Assembly: GCA_964304625.1 (NCBI GenBank)
Contig: OZ199840.1
Coordinates: forward strand, 445,912 to 509,911
Direction of reading: 5' to 3'
Source of the DNA: Kudoa neothunni
Lineage: Eukaryota > Animalia > Cnidaria
DNA: 64,000 nt
Each line of letters opens with the position of its first letter. Position 1 is the stretch's first letter. The notes under the pieces were generated by a model. The model made no database searches and had not been told where the DNA came from. It saw only the letters and a program-made list of their open reading frames with translations. This document shows positions 26,113 to 40,039 of this stretch, one piece after another. The translations under genes were made by a program, and so were the position numbers.

Positions 26113-27684
26113 CTAATTCGGATGGTCATGACTATCCAACAATAATTCTTGTTCCGTTTGGGGATTTGTTTGTTCCGTATTTACTGGATCAGCTGCCTCA
26201 ATATCAGTTGTCTTAGTATCAGTTGTCTCAATATCAGCTGCTTCATCATCAGCGAGTTCTGTTTCCAAATCGGTTGATGTAGTTTCAGAGCTACTTTCAG
26301 GAGCTGTAGTAGTAGTCTCGGTTGTAGTTGCTGGGGTAGTTGTTGGTTCGGATAAAGTAACTTCATTTACACCTTCAGTGCAAATGTAACTGCAAAGAGC
26401 TTCACTTTCAAAGTTGTTTGCATTTCCACCAATTCCAGTATATGCAAACCTTTTACACATCTTTTCTTTATCATCATAATACCATCTTGGCAAAGTGCTT
26501 GCTTCATTTCCATTACCAGGTTCTTTTGGTTCGCTACATACAGATGGGATATCGGGAAAGGTATTTTCCGTTTCATCATCGTTAACTTTAAATATTAAAT
26601 TATATAATTATAAATAATAAAAGAAATATACGAGCAGGGCAGGCACTAATACATTCCCCGGCTGTATCAAAATAATTTTTGGTTGAATCAACTTCAATAT
26701 CAACAGCCAACATTTGCATACAGAATTTATTTGTTGAATTGTAGTAGTATTTGGTTGTTATATGCCCCTCGGTTGTTGGTTGGTATGGGGCAGATTCACA
26801 TCTTTTAATTGCTGCTTCATCAGCTAAATTTACATATTAAGTTTATTTAATGAATTTATTTTTATTACCGTGACACTTCTTTTGGCATTGAGAAAATGAC
26901 TCAAAAACACCACGTAATCCTGTTTGTTTGTCTACGATCGCATGGACACATGTGGACTTTTCCTTGTCACGCACGATCTTGATTTCTGTTGCAGCAGCAT
27001 TATTTGAAGTTAAAATGGCACCCACCTCGCAGTCAACCTTGTTAGGTACTTTGTAGGCGTCGTCAGTTGCTATTTTCAACTATAAATAGCACAAATGAAT
27101 AATACATTACTTATGCACGTGCCCTTGCAAGCTTCCTCACTTGGAAATGAGTATTTTGGCTCATTGCATCCTTTATATTTATATGTGTGACAAGTTCCTG
27201 CAGCATCTGTATTAGATCCCTTTTTGAAGTAATATCTGTCGATGGGCGATTTGTTACAAACGTTGAATGAACTGTCTCCATTGCTCTGAAGGTCAGTGTT
27301 CGAACTAGGGTTTCCTTCAGCCTGGCAAGCACCAACTCGACTCACGTAATCATATTCAACTAAATTATCATAGAAATATAAAAAAACTATATAATACGTT
27401 CTTTGTTGCATTCTTCTAACGACGCAAAATTATTGAAGTTAGATCCCCCGGCTCCTCTGTACGAAAAGCTTTTGCATGTAGCAGTATCTTTATGAAGGTA
27501 ATATCTAGTTGGAAAAGATTTTAAATGAATCCTATGATTTTTTGTAGCATCAAAATCATATTTTGTATCTGCTAAAATTAATATAAATGTGATCACATTC
27601 GATTCAACTACCAGCGCTAGTGAGAAAAGAAAGAGGTATGCATGCAGAGATAATACAGATCAAGATTGGTAAAAAGACTTTCAT
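26113..27684 (-). CDS. Five-Kunitz protein copy 3 (apparently intact)
   Basis: ATG at 27684, signal peptide MKVFLPILICIISACIPLSFLTSA, same phase-1 intron positions as copy 1, ends LLLDSHDHPN*. Confidence 0.9.
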
Positions 27685-28489
27685 ACTGGAAGTTAACCAA
27701 ACTTCTAACTAGACCAGGTGGATTAAAATTATACTATAATGCTCGTGAATGAAGTTATTCGATATGCTGACTTAATGGTTATATCTTTATTGCATACAGT
27801 TAATTAATAAACACAAGCAAATCACTATTCATTTCATAGCCAAATAATAAAATTATAGAGGATTATAAATACATGCATTGATCCATTCATTTTTTTAAAA
27901 TAAACCTATAGTCAAAGGATCGATGTTAATTGAACAAATGTGTTGGCATATTTCCGCAATAATGCCGTTTAATAGGATTAATAATCAGGTATATACACAT
28001 CGAAAGTAATTATTTAACTCAATTAATCTTCGAATATTACATTTTTTAATATAATAAAAAATGTAATTTTACAAAACTTGTTAATGAATAACATCCAAAA
28101 TGCTGGAGCGTAGTAATCTAACTGGATTTATTCGATTTAGTTCGTAAAAAATCGAATTGATGATTGAATATATTGTTTTTAGGAAAGTTTGCGTGTGTTA
28201 CAATATTTTAATATAAAATGATATTTTATTTCGTGGAATGAAATAACTTTGAAATTTTTTTTAATGTGTTATTAAACTGGATAGATTATACGCAAACAAA
28301 TAACAAATTATTTTAGCATGTAGTCTAATAAAAAAATTCTTAAAAGTAGACAAAATTACAGTTAAATAAAATTCCACATTCACTATAAACTATATTAACT
28401 TTTTACTATAACGTATAATTTATTATAAAAAATTAAAATTTTAAAAATATTCATGTGATAATCAGATTTAATATGTTTTACCTGCAACA

Positions 28490-31421
28490 ATGAAAAAATG
28501 CGTAGTTATCAAAGTAATTTGAAATTAGAACTATTTTAATTTATTATTAGATCCTATTAATTATATTATCAATTTTTCAAATGTCAAATTCTAGTATATA
28601 ATCCAATTACATTAATTAAATATTATAAACATTATATAGAACAATACTGCTATAAAGACACAGTTTATTTTAACGAAAATACACTGAAGTTAAATGAAAT
28701 TTTGGTTGGCGAAGTTAAATCAATAGATAGTTCACAGGGTTGCATTTTTATGCACTGTGGTAATCATAAGGGTGCTATAATCAACCATATTACCTTTGGT
28801 ACGCTACCCTGCACTAAAGTAAATTAATGGGAGTTCAGCATTTTTAATTGACTTCTAGTATAAGCCTGAAACATTTCATATTAATGAAACAAGAAGTCAA
28901 ATCATAAACGGAAAAAAGGTGATTGATAATTCACAAGGTAAAGCAGGTTATAAACTGATTTTAATTTTTATATAGTCTATTCTCTTCTTTGCAAATTCTT
29001 TGGTAATAATCATCTTAATTTTTTGTGATGGTATAAAATTTCATTCCTAAGAAAACAATTTATTTTGGGATTTTTGATAATAAAATATTAAAAAATTAGA
29101 TTTAAAGTTCATGCAATCAAATAATTGTTTGGTTTTGGTGGGACAAGCTGAACTGATATCTCTACCAAATATGTTAGATAAAGTGAGTATTAAAGTTCTT
29201 ACAAGTTTGAATATGAATTTAGATTCTAAATAGCTTCCCTCTTGGATCCTATAAATTATCTTCGATGAAGATTGAAACAAGTTCTTTTCAATTTATGTAA
29301 GATACTAATGAATAAATATTTGTTATACACTATTAATTAGAGTTTCTCCGAGGAGAAGATTATATAGTTAGAGTGATATGTTTAATTGATACATAGATAT
29401 GTAGAGGTCGCAATCGGAATAATTATGAATTCTTCAATAACTAGCATCTTTTCTGACTATTTATATAAAAATATTCAACACGAACTTTTCATAAATGATT
29501 TTGGAGTATACTTAGTCAATCCAAGTATTTCGAGTTATTAAAAAAATAGAATTCAATAACTTTATAGATAGTACAAATAAAATGCCATCAAGGGGACATC
29601 ACCATAAATTTCACTCAACACTAACAAACGTAAACTATTATTATTATATTAATTAATATATGATGAAAATTATATAGAATCAATTATTTCAAAGTTACCT
29701 TAATAAAATCAGTCTCAATGAACTGAGCGAATTAATTTATAAAGGAGATTTTTACAATTTGACTCTAAATCTACTATCTCATATCCAGGCCGCAGCAGTA
29801 TTTTTTCTAAATTTGATATCTTTTAAATAATAAATAGATTGAGGAAAAGAGTTTTTTGGCTCTTCAAACTTTATTTCGTAAATATGAAAGGAGTTTTCAA
29901 CGAATGAAGTTATTTCTATAAAAACAAATAGATAAAATTTTGACATTATACTTAGTGATTTGGAACTATATAGAATAATGAAAAATTATTGGATTCTAAG
30001 CCACATTTTTCACTCTAATTATTCGGTCGATTTTTCAAAAATTTATTCTAAAATATCTCCCAAAAATCCCTCCTCGATTTTATTTGCATCTACTCTACAA
30101 CTAAAACCCAACAAAAATGTAAAATTCGAACTTCAAAATGACTCTTCTTGCGGTACCACTATAAGTGGTACCTTTTTAAATCCCAGTTCAAGTGTTACCA
30201 TGGTTTGTCTGAAACTACAAAACTGTGCCATTGACCTCATTGTGTTTTTTATTGAGAAGCATACCAATTCTAACGACTTCCATGTAACCTTCCAATCTGG
30301 GAAACAATTAAGACCAACAAAAGCAACTTGTACTTCGTTTAATATACAAGAAAGTATATTAAAGCATTTGAAATTCTTATAATTAAAATTTTATCCTAGA
30401 TAATCCCAAAATGTGGAGCAGTTACCTATGCCCAACAAGAAATTATGCTGGAAAACATCTCGCTAATAGTATCACTTGTTTATGCAAAAATAAGTTTTTC
30501 TTTTATTCGAGTCAAAATGGATCCATTTACAATAAATTAATTGCAGCTTATCGATGGATATTTGGAATTGTGTTGCTTTTTCTTCTCTGTTCAGGTATCT
30601 ATGGCTTTAAAACAAGGTAGTCAATAAATGAATGCATGACATTAACGTTCGTCATAGACCATTTCGATCCAACCATTTAAATCGGGCAATATACTCCCAT
30701 TTTTGTATGAATGTATGGTTAATGGTTGCTATTTTTTTACAAACGTATCCAATGGGCCAAAATAGTTGTTATGCGTTTTCTGCAACTGAGTTCATCTTGA
30801 CACTATCTATTATAATTCATTATGGATTCTCCTTTGTTTATTATATGAATCCGGGATCAATAAAAAAAACGAGTGTTGAATTATTCCATCTAATTGCATC
30901 AATATGTATCAAAATAATTTTGTATAAAATATAAAAACTAATATTCTATTTCAGGTTTACCTCTATGCTGCACAGTAGTTATAATTGGAGTTAAACGTTA
31001 TTTCTTCCAGGCTAACATAATGTACGACTTTAAAGTTTATTATTATTTTATATTTTTTAGGTGCCATATTCATCAACGTCAATTTCATTGGGTTGTTATA
31101 GCGACAGGATTATCAGTGTTGGTTCTGAGCATTGCTTCATACATATACAACTCTGAAACCTGCCGCTATAGACGCTGCTCATTAATATCGTTAATTAGCA
31201 TAGTGATAATCAATTGTGTGCCCTTGATGGACCAGACCTTCGGTCAAAAATATCAATATCAACTTTATGTAGGATGTGCAAGGCTATATCTTACACTTTG
31301 TCGTGCTTTGTATGTGGCTTGTTTCTCCCTCTTTATACACTATCGAGAACAACTCTATTGGAATGAAGTTGATGATGCAAAATTGATGAGGGATTATATG
31401 ACAGATTCTGTCGTAAATTAA
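28490..31421 (+). CDS. Divergent adhesion-class GPCR (signal peptide, ectodomain, GAIN/GPS-like region, 7TM); internal exon boundaries partly uncertain
   Basis: Signal peptide MKKCVVIKILLIILSIFQMSNS. GPS-like CTSF..WSSYLC..SITCLCKNKFFF just before TM1. About seven hydrophobic segments, including AIYSHFCMNVWLMVAIFL and CYAFSATEFILTLSIIIHYGF. Stop at 31421. Confidence 0.7.
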
Positions 31422-32491
31422 TGAATTCATTCCATATTATTTCTTCAAATATTAACAATATCATTTTTTCATTTTATAAGTTCAAATTATTCGAAAAATT
31501 ATAGATCAATCCAAATTTATTATATTAGCATGCTTGTTTAAAAAAATTTTTGCTTATTAACTTTTTCACAATATAAATAATTTAAATAAAACACAATTTT
31601 TATTTTTTTAATTAATATTTATTGCGTAAATATTAATCATTAGTTTTATCTATTCGATTTATAAATTAATCTGATTTTAGATTTGAATAAAGATATTAAC
31701 CCTTTATGAACCACCTTGGGCTTCATGGGCCCATCTATGCATTAAATGCCACCTTTTTCTGTTTAAATTTTAATTTTAAGGCCAAATTTCAAGTATATTC
31801 ACGAACTTTACCTTTCTTGGGTTTACTCAAATTTTTTAAAATTATGTTATTTAATTTTAATCCCGTTTTGATTAATTTAAAGCTGCTGTTAAGAATTTGA
31901 CGTATTGTTAAATTAGAAATACGCATTTTTGATGTATCTGCATGATTTAAAGCTTATTCGTTTGAAGTGATTAAAATGTCTTCGGCCTGCGAAAGTATAA
32001 CATATGGTTAACTTAACAATTTCTTAGAAAATATAAATAAATTAGACGAAAGTTCAGCTGATGAATTAAATAATGAGTATATTTTCCCCAAATTCATAAT
32101 GATGTAATCGATATTTTTTAATCCATAGGATTCAGAAGCCCAAAATAGTCAAAATCGTGACCGCTACAAGGCGGTCCACGAAAATTTAACGAAAAAAATT
32201 AATGCATTATCCAAGTTATATTTAAATTACAATTTATTATTTTTAAATTTAATCTTTTTATATTTCTTTTCTTTACTTTGGTTAAAATTACCTATGAATT
32301 AATATAATTATTGATATAAGAGTTAATAATAGTTGTGAAGAACAGTCTCGTATTTATGATTTAACGAGAAATTTAAACTCCCTCTTTTCAAGCAAATATG
32401 ATAAGCATCAGAATAATAAATGCATTATACATTACACTATTATTACTATAACTTAATTCAAAATTTTTCGAATTGGTCTTCATTCAAGATA

Positions 32492-35100
32492 CAGTCGAAC
32501 TTGGATATTGTCTAACCGTATATTACGTAATTTCACAAGTTCATTGAAATATAATGGATATTTTAAATTTTTACTTAGACTTTGCTTTCATATTATTTAA
32601 ATTAATGTTAACTCAGCAAGCGAAAATAAAAAGTTTATGTTAAAGAAATATAAATTTAAGTTAGTGTGTTAAAACTAAAATTTTTCTGCGGCGTAACATT
32701 TTGTTCAATTTCATCCTCAATTAACCTTCTTTTTTAATTCTGCCAAACAAAAATGGTAAGGAATCAGCAAACAGTGACTGAAAAAAATGAAATAATCGAA
32801 TACTATAATTCGATAAAATCACTCCAAGGAAATGAGGAATGACTTTTAAACCTCCCAAGCCATCTAGTAATATAAAATTATCTAATCCAAATATATATAT
32901 ATATATATATATATTTGAAAGATATTCTACTATTAACTCTCCCCGGACAAAGCGGGTCTATCTATTGTGACCCCATATTCGGTAAATCTTATTTTTATAA
33001 AAAAAAACCTCGTAGACTTCAGTATTAAATTCACTCAATATTAGAAAATGTATGAAACATATTAGAATTTATCCAGGAAAAAATGCTTGTATAATTGAAC
33101 GCATGTTCTCCATACGCCCACACACTTCATGTTATAACTCCATATTAAAATTATCAATAGATAAAAATAAAAAACGACCAATTATCGAATTTAATATAAA
33201 TTAAACGTTAAATAAATGTGAAAATTGTACGTTTACCTTTTTCCTATCGAATGTTTACGATGACGTCATAAGATTAAATTAAGATTTATCGTCCACATGT
33301 ATTTTAAACGTTGGAGGTAAACAAAGTATATTATTTCATTTTAGATGATTAATTTAAGCATAAATTTATGTGTAGGAATGCCATTTGATAATGATAATAA
33401 TTTTGGGCTAATTTTCAGTATACGTGTACCAATTTCGGGAGGGGACATCTTAACTTATTGGTGAATATTCGCACAAGATTTTCAAGGGTCATTATCATTT
33501 GCGTTTATAATACAGTTTAGAACTATTTAATAAATATATTGATATCGGCGTAACGTCTAATTCACAGAAATCATTGATCCACACAAAAGATCATGACGCG
33601 CATTTTGTTAATGAAATATTAATAAAAAATTAATATACTATGCCATATCTACAAGCAACCTATTTTCTCGCCCCATAGATTCAAAAAAAAACTTTTTTTA
33701 TTCTCAGACATGTGGTTTAGAAACCGATTGATGTTATCTTTGACAAAATTTTCTTCCGCTTTGGGAAATCCCGGAATGAATGTGATTTATTTTTAAATAA
33801 ATCTATTTTCAATTTTCATATTTAATTTGATTAATTTGAATGTACAGACATACTAAAATACTTACAACTATGATCCATACTTAACCCTACTTTCAATGTT
33901 GTGATTAACGACTTTTCCAGGAAATCATGCCTGATATCTTGTACGGTCGCTTGTGTTCATTTCTTTTCTATATTTAATTGAACCACGTTATTTTACCTCC
34001 AGAAACTATCAACAATGTAAATACAATAAAACATACATTGGTAACCTAGAATAACAAGCGTTTTGATGTAGATGTTTATAATATTTAATGGAAGACTTAA
34101 TCACATTTTTCTCAATTTTATTCCCTCCAACGCAAACTTCTAATCTGTTTATATAACCATGCGGTGAGTAATAATTACAAGAATAACTTTAGGGATCAAT
34201 TTCACAATAAAATAAGAAAATAATGATAGGGTCAAAAACGACCCCCATGTGCACACACGGTCCTTCGACAGTTAATAGAATTTTAGTTTCTCAAGATAAT
34301 ATTATTAATTCTATTATTTCGGCTTAAAAAAAGAATAAAAGAAGACAAATACACGGAGTTAGTTAATTTATTCTATACATGAATTATTAAAATGCGAAAT
34401 GAAAACAAGGTTTTTCCTGCTTACTTGATTGTCGAAAAGAAAAAAAATATCGCTAAATTCATAGGTATTGACAAATTTACTAGAAGTAACAGTTGGTTCG
34501 TAGAATTTAAAAATAGATTTAGAATTAAATTTAAAAAAATTTCGCTACGATACGAAGAGTGAAACGTAATAAATATTGATAATTCAAAACTAATATAGAA
34601 AATCTAGACTTTTTGAACATTATACTTTGATACTACAATATACCAAATTAAACATTGATTAATAGATAATGAAAACTTATCTCAAAATTAATCTAAAAAT
34701 AATGTTGAGAATTTCGCAACACTATTTAATTATATATCAAATTTAATTTTTAGATAAAAATATGACGAAATCAACAATATTGAAGAAGAGGGGTAATACA
34801 TAAGGAATCAATAGCTTTACCTGATGCGTATGCAACTGATAAATTTCAGGAAAATTTCGATCCAACTTTTGTTAGAAAACTCAACGGCATTATTTTCAAA
34901 ATAAATATTTATGGATTTCATATCTGAGATAATCCGAAATTGGTGCAAATAAGTTTAAATTACCGGTTATTTTAAACCCCGATAAAATTTTGTTTTTTGC
35001 ACATAACGCACGTTCGTTAATACCCTGTATTGCGTAAAATCTCCCCATTGCGTAATTTATTCCCATTCTCGGAAAATTACACAATATCCAGGTTCGACTG
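32492..35100. mobile_element. pogo/Tigger-type non-autonomous element
   Basis: TIRs CAGTCGAACTTGGATATTG / CAATATCCAGGTTCGACTG (18 of 19 match) with TA on both sides. Interior decayed. Confidence 0.8.
32937..34271. mobile_element. Possible piggyBac-type MITE nested in the Tigger element
   Basis: TTAA on both sides and GGGTC..GACCC palindromes near both ends; the TIR match is weak. Confidence 0.35.
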
Positions 35101-35175
35101 TATTATGGAAAATGCAAATTAGGTTGTCAATTTATTCATAAATATAATAACTTATATTATTAATAACGCTATAAA

Positions 35176-35970
35176 TAGGGAATGAAATTTTTGATCGATT
35201 TAAACCGTCGATTTTATCAGGTTGGTTCGATGTTTATTTTTTCGGATTGTTTTGGAAAGCGCGCCTTAATAAGAATGTTTAGGAAAAGATGCGATTTGAA
35301 TAATTATATTAAGGATTGAGTTAGTTCGGAAGTTAATTGAATGAATTTGTTTACAAATACAGCACTTAAAGTTACGTACAAAACCATGTGCGGAAACATA
35401 TTGCGTTATCAAAGCATCATTCAATGCTAGAATCGTTAAAGCGTGTCTCTCCTGGCCCCTTTTATTATTTAAAGATCATAAAAATCAAAAAATAATGATA
35501 TATCTTGTTCTAGTCGTGATGTATGGTGGGATTACCATTTAAAATAATAGAAAGTTACACAAGACCTAGAAGTGTTTCCTGAAAATATTGCCCTACAACA
35601 CGCTTACTTTCTAATGTTGAAACTTTTGTTGAAAAGTACTTATTCAAATTTTTTAAAAAAGACTTTAGCAGCATAAACTTGCCGACAATTTTTATGGATT
35701 CTTAAAATTACCGGTGTCTTCAATCACAATAACAATTTTTGTTAAGATTAGGCATGTTCTTTCACGAGACAGAATATCTCTTTCGAGAGGAAAAATCTCT
35801 ATGGTATTATACTTATATTAAAATGGTGAAACTAAAATATAATTTTATTATATATTGTGTAATGTTAATTAGTATTTTTTGCGGCATTGAGATGTCTGCG
35901 CAGACATGCATAAAAGTCGATTTAAACCGTCGATTATTCCAAAAATAAACGTCGAAAATTACATTCCCTT
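35176..35970. mobile_element. hAT-type MITE
   Basis: TIR (T/A)AGGGAATG(A/T)AATTTT(T/C)GA; 8-bp flanks GCTATAAA / GTTATAAA; repeated GATTTAAACCGTCGATT near both ends. Confidence 0.6.
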
Positions 35971-36658
35971 GTTATAAATAGTAAAAGTATTAATAGATTT
36001 AACTTCGTAAGGTAGTCAAATATAAGACAACTTTATTTTACTCATTTGCGCATGCTAAATATACATAAAATCCGTCTGTTGCTATGTAAATAACATATTG
36101 AAACAAATTATGATAATTTTTTTTACTTTGATAAAAATAATATTGTTCTACTTTAGAATAATATATTCTCTTTATATGAACGATTCTTATCTGTTTATCA
36201 ATTTATCAAATATTCCATTATATCAATATTTTATGACAAATATGAATTTAGGATTCATCAAAATATACTTTTTAGTGACAAAATTTTGTTTTGAATATAT
36301 AAAATAAGAATAATTTCCTATCACTTATATATAATTATATAAACATTGTATTTATTGTACTCCATGGACTTTAATTATAGTATTAAAACAAAATGATTCA
36401 ATTAGATATAATATTTTATAATAATAAAAATAGCCGGAGAATTAATTTTTATAATTGTCTCGAAAATAATAACTGTTTTATTTCTCCTAAAAGTAACGAG
36501 AAATTGCGAATTTTATAATAATTGTATTACGTGACTTAGCTTAATTTTATTTTTAATAATTTTTCTACCTTACTCAATAAAATTCACAGAAATAAAATGG
36601 ATATTTTATAGCTTTAAAAAATTCTCGCTTATTGTCGTATGCAGTCGCCATATTTTCA

Positions 36659-37365
36659 ATGCTGGACCCGCTGTATTTGGAGTTTATCGCACAGAACGAA
36701 TTTGTCAATATAGTTCCAAATTTTACAGAGGACAAATGGCAGTTGTATAGCGTAATTTTTGGAAGCGTTGTGCAGAATAATTGGACCTATATTTAGCAAA
36801 CCATTGGGCCATTTGAGGCGGGAATCGAACTTAGTGTACCAATTTGGGTGGCTATCAATTTGCGCAATTGTAAGAAATGCCGAATTATGCCTCCAACATG
36901 GCTGAATATGGAGGATTTGTTGAAAGCTATCGATAACGAGCGCAATAGTAGTCTTCTAATGCAACCACCTCATTTATACTATCAAGAAATAGCTCATTTG
37001 TTATTTCGAAAGTAGTTTTACTGAAAATTGCAAATATTCTAATTGTTGATTTAGCGCATCAACCGACATATTGAATGCGGGTGAATTAGTTGTGGCGGTG
37101 AAAGATTTAAACGATGTTCGTCTCACAAAATTAAAAAAGTCCACCGATTATCTGATAGAAAATCGAGAGTCATATGCTAGTGTACACTTTTTTCATCATT
37201 TTCAGCTAAAATTAATAATTGACATCATAGATCGATTACATAACACCCCTGGAGATTAACACTATAAGAGGTTCCATTTGTACTGTGATGAATTTTTCGC
37301 AAAAACTTCAAATGGAAATCAAACAATTCAAAAATCTCAATACAAACGATTCCACCGATAGATAA
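36659..37365 (+). CDS. GINS2: GINS complex subunit 2 (PSF2), 4 exons
   Basis: Spliced protein MLDPLYLEFIAQNEFVNIVPNF..IGPFEAGIELSVPIWVAINL..KCRIMPPTWL..YYQEIAHLL..VKDLNDVRLTKL..ITPLEINTIR matches PSF2 along its length. Confidence 0.95.
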
Positions 37366-38899
37366 TCATTATTTTTATTCCGATAATTCAATGAGTTAAT
37401 TGTGTAAAAAATATTTTTATTATATTGTCAATTATTTTGCGTTATATTCACAAAGAAAATTATGTATTTAAAATAATTCTAATTTCTAAAATCAACAAGT
37501 AAAATTTACCTGGGCTAGCGGTCGATAACATGCGGCTCTCGATGCTTCAATCCGAATGATAACAAGATTTTAAAAAAATAAAAATAAGGAATAGCTTTTG
37601 AATGATCAATTGTATCATCCTCTTTATGTTTTAATCCAAATTCAAATCAAAATTAATTTGATTTTTTCAAAGATTTTATTATTGGTTTGCAATGATTAGT
37701 TTTTGTCTTTAATGGTAGGGGTTATTTGTATGGTAAATTTTAATCCCAGCAATACTTACTCAAAAGAGGGTATACAGATTCAATTTTCTGGAATCTGATT
37801 CATTTAGTCATTCCTGGCCCACCGCTTTGTAAATAATGACCAAAAATAGTCAAATGTAGTCAAAACTAGTGGAACATTATTAATATTTTCCTTCAAAATG
37901 TCCAAATAGAAACTGTCAACGTATCAATGATCTTTTTAAACTTGTGCAAAAGCTATTTTTAGTCCCAAAAGAACTAATCTATTATGTGTAGTAAATGCAA
38001 TTAGTATTATCGAATATGCCTTATTTATTTATTTCTGGTTATTAAAAGCTTAAGATTCGGTCAAAAATAATATATTATAATAAAAATACGCACATTTCAT
38101 TAAATTAGTTCGCGTCAATAGACATTTCCGACCAGAAGGGATGTATCAAAGATATTTTTGTTCTCGCATCCTCATAAAATACGTTAATTGTTTAAATATA
38201 TATATAATTGCGGAAAGCAATTTTCTAAAATATTATAATCGCCTAGTTCGGAGAATGTTTATTATTTTTTATGATGTCAGCAAACTAAAATTTCATGCGT
38301 TTTAAAAAATGGTTCTCTTGTCTGATTATTTGATCTTTTCTTTAACTGTTCTTACATAAAATAAAGTATTCCTACATCATTAATTAATTATTTTATTTAT
38401 TTATACATTTTTATATTAGTTCATGTGATAGAAATGATAACCAGACATACTTTAACGTTATTAGGACAATTAAAGCAAATAGTGGGCCCGCTCTTAGAAA
38501 ATATTAATTAGTTAATATTTTGTAAAAACCCATTAGATAACAGACCTATTAATCTTTATGTCATATTTTAATGTGTGTATCGATCTAATTAAAATATTGA
38601 GTTTTTATATCAAACTTGAGCTTCTGGCGGGAAATTTGATAGCCCCTATAGTCAACTAGAAATTGAATGGTATACATATAATTTATTTCATCACATCAAA
38701 ATTGATAAGGCAATAAAAAGAAAAAATATCAGTAAATATAATGATTTGTTATTATTAATAAAGCTAACTTATTAGTTATAACCAAGATTGGAAATTTTTG
38801 ACGCTCTTTTTTTAAATCAACCGAAATAAAGAAAAAAATAAATTCAGCTTTTATCAACATTTATTTTAGAATAAAAATTCATAGCTTACAACAAAATTG

Positions 38900-39780
38900 A
38901 GTGTAGAATTTTAATTTTAGTTATAATGGACCATTAAAATCGAGTATTGTAAGGCGCCCATCACAAGCATTGATCCTTTCTTTTCCAAATATATTTCGCA
39001 ATCTTGAGAAACTCCTTACAACATCAATTGAGGGAACGGGTAGCGACAATATATCATGACAAAGTCTCGAATGAGTGACCCGAGCATTCCACACTTAATT
39101 ACAGGAATTAATATTTAAGGGTCGAGTTGAATCTTTTATCATTTTACATAACATGTTGTACTCGTTATTAACCTCAACCTTCTCTTGACTTTTTGGAAAA
39201 TAACAAAGATCATTAACATTTAATTTATCAACAGTAATCAGAGTATTGGATCAATATATTTCATAGTTTGAAAAATTTTAAGAGAAGGAAAAGTTTCCTT
39301 AAAATTTTGGAGTATTCGTCGATTAATTTCTTCATTTGTAGCATCACACAAACTTTCTCATTTAAATATCAAATTGTTTCAAGATTCAAATGGAAAAAGT
39401 TCAATATCTATGATTTTTGATCAAATTATTTCCCTTAATTAACAGAGTCATTTTTTATCGAATCAAAAATTCGATAAAAGACGATTCTCATTTGTTGGTA
39501 TCAATTTTGAGAAATAATGCAAAGGAATAAGAGTATCAATTGAAAAAATTAATGAGAAGTTGAGCATAATAAGACCACCCTATTGTATCTCCAAAAATTC
39601 GCTGTCTTTTGCAATATATACTGACCGATAAATCCTCAATTGATTCTAAATTGTTTTACTCCTCAGGCAATCAGTCAATTCACGTCGCTCCCTTCAGATT
39701 CTCAAGCATTCCTTTTCGGCGGAAACCGATTTTTTAGACTAAGAATAATAAAACTTCGCTATTTTCCTCCAATTCATCAG
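38900..39780 (-). mobile_element. hAT transposase relic
   Basis: The minus strand at ~38940-39060 reads ILSLPVPSIDVVRSFSRLRNIFGKER (hAT C-terminal dimerisation motif). The upstream part is full of stops. Confidence 0.65.
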
Positions 39781-40039
39781 TTTAAATCAATTAAAATCGA
39801 TTTTAATCGAAAATTTTAAACCTTCCTTGTAGCAATTAAATAAAAAATTATAAGTATTACTTAAAGAGATTAATTTCCCCCCAAAATTATGATCTTGGTT
39901 AATTCATTTAATCAAATTAAGTGCAGTCATTATTATCCAAATAATTATATAATGGGAGATCAGCATTAAAAATGAATAAAAATTATCAAACAATAAGAAA
40001 ATGGCCATCACAACAACCACATAAAGAGTTAATGTGAAT

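Noticed and set aside
29040-29110. Apparent stops in all three frames in the aGPCR, suggesting a frameshift or variant genetic code
   Set aside because: Resolved by a ~97-nt phase-1 intron ending at AATTAG; the conserved genes translate with the standard code.
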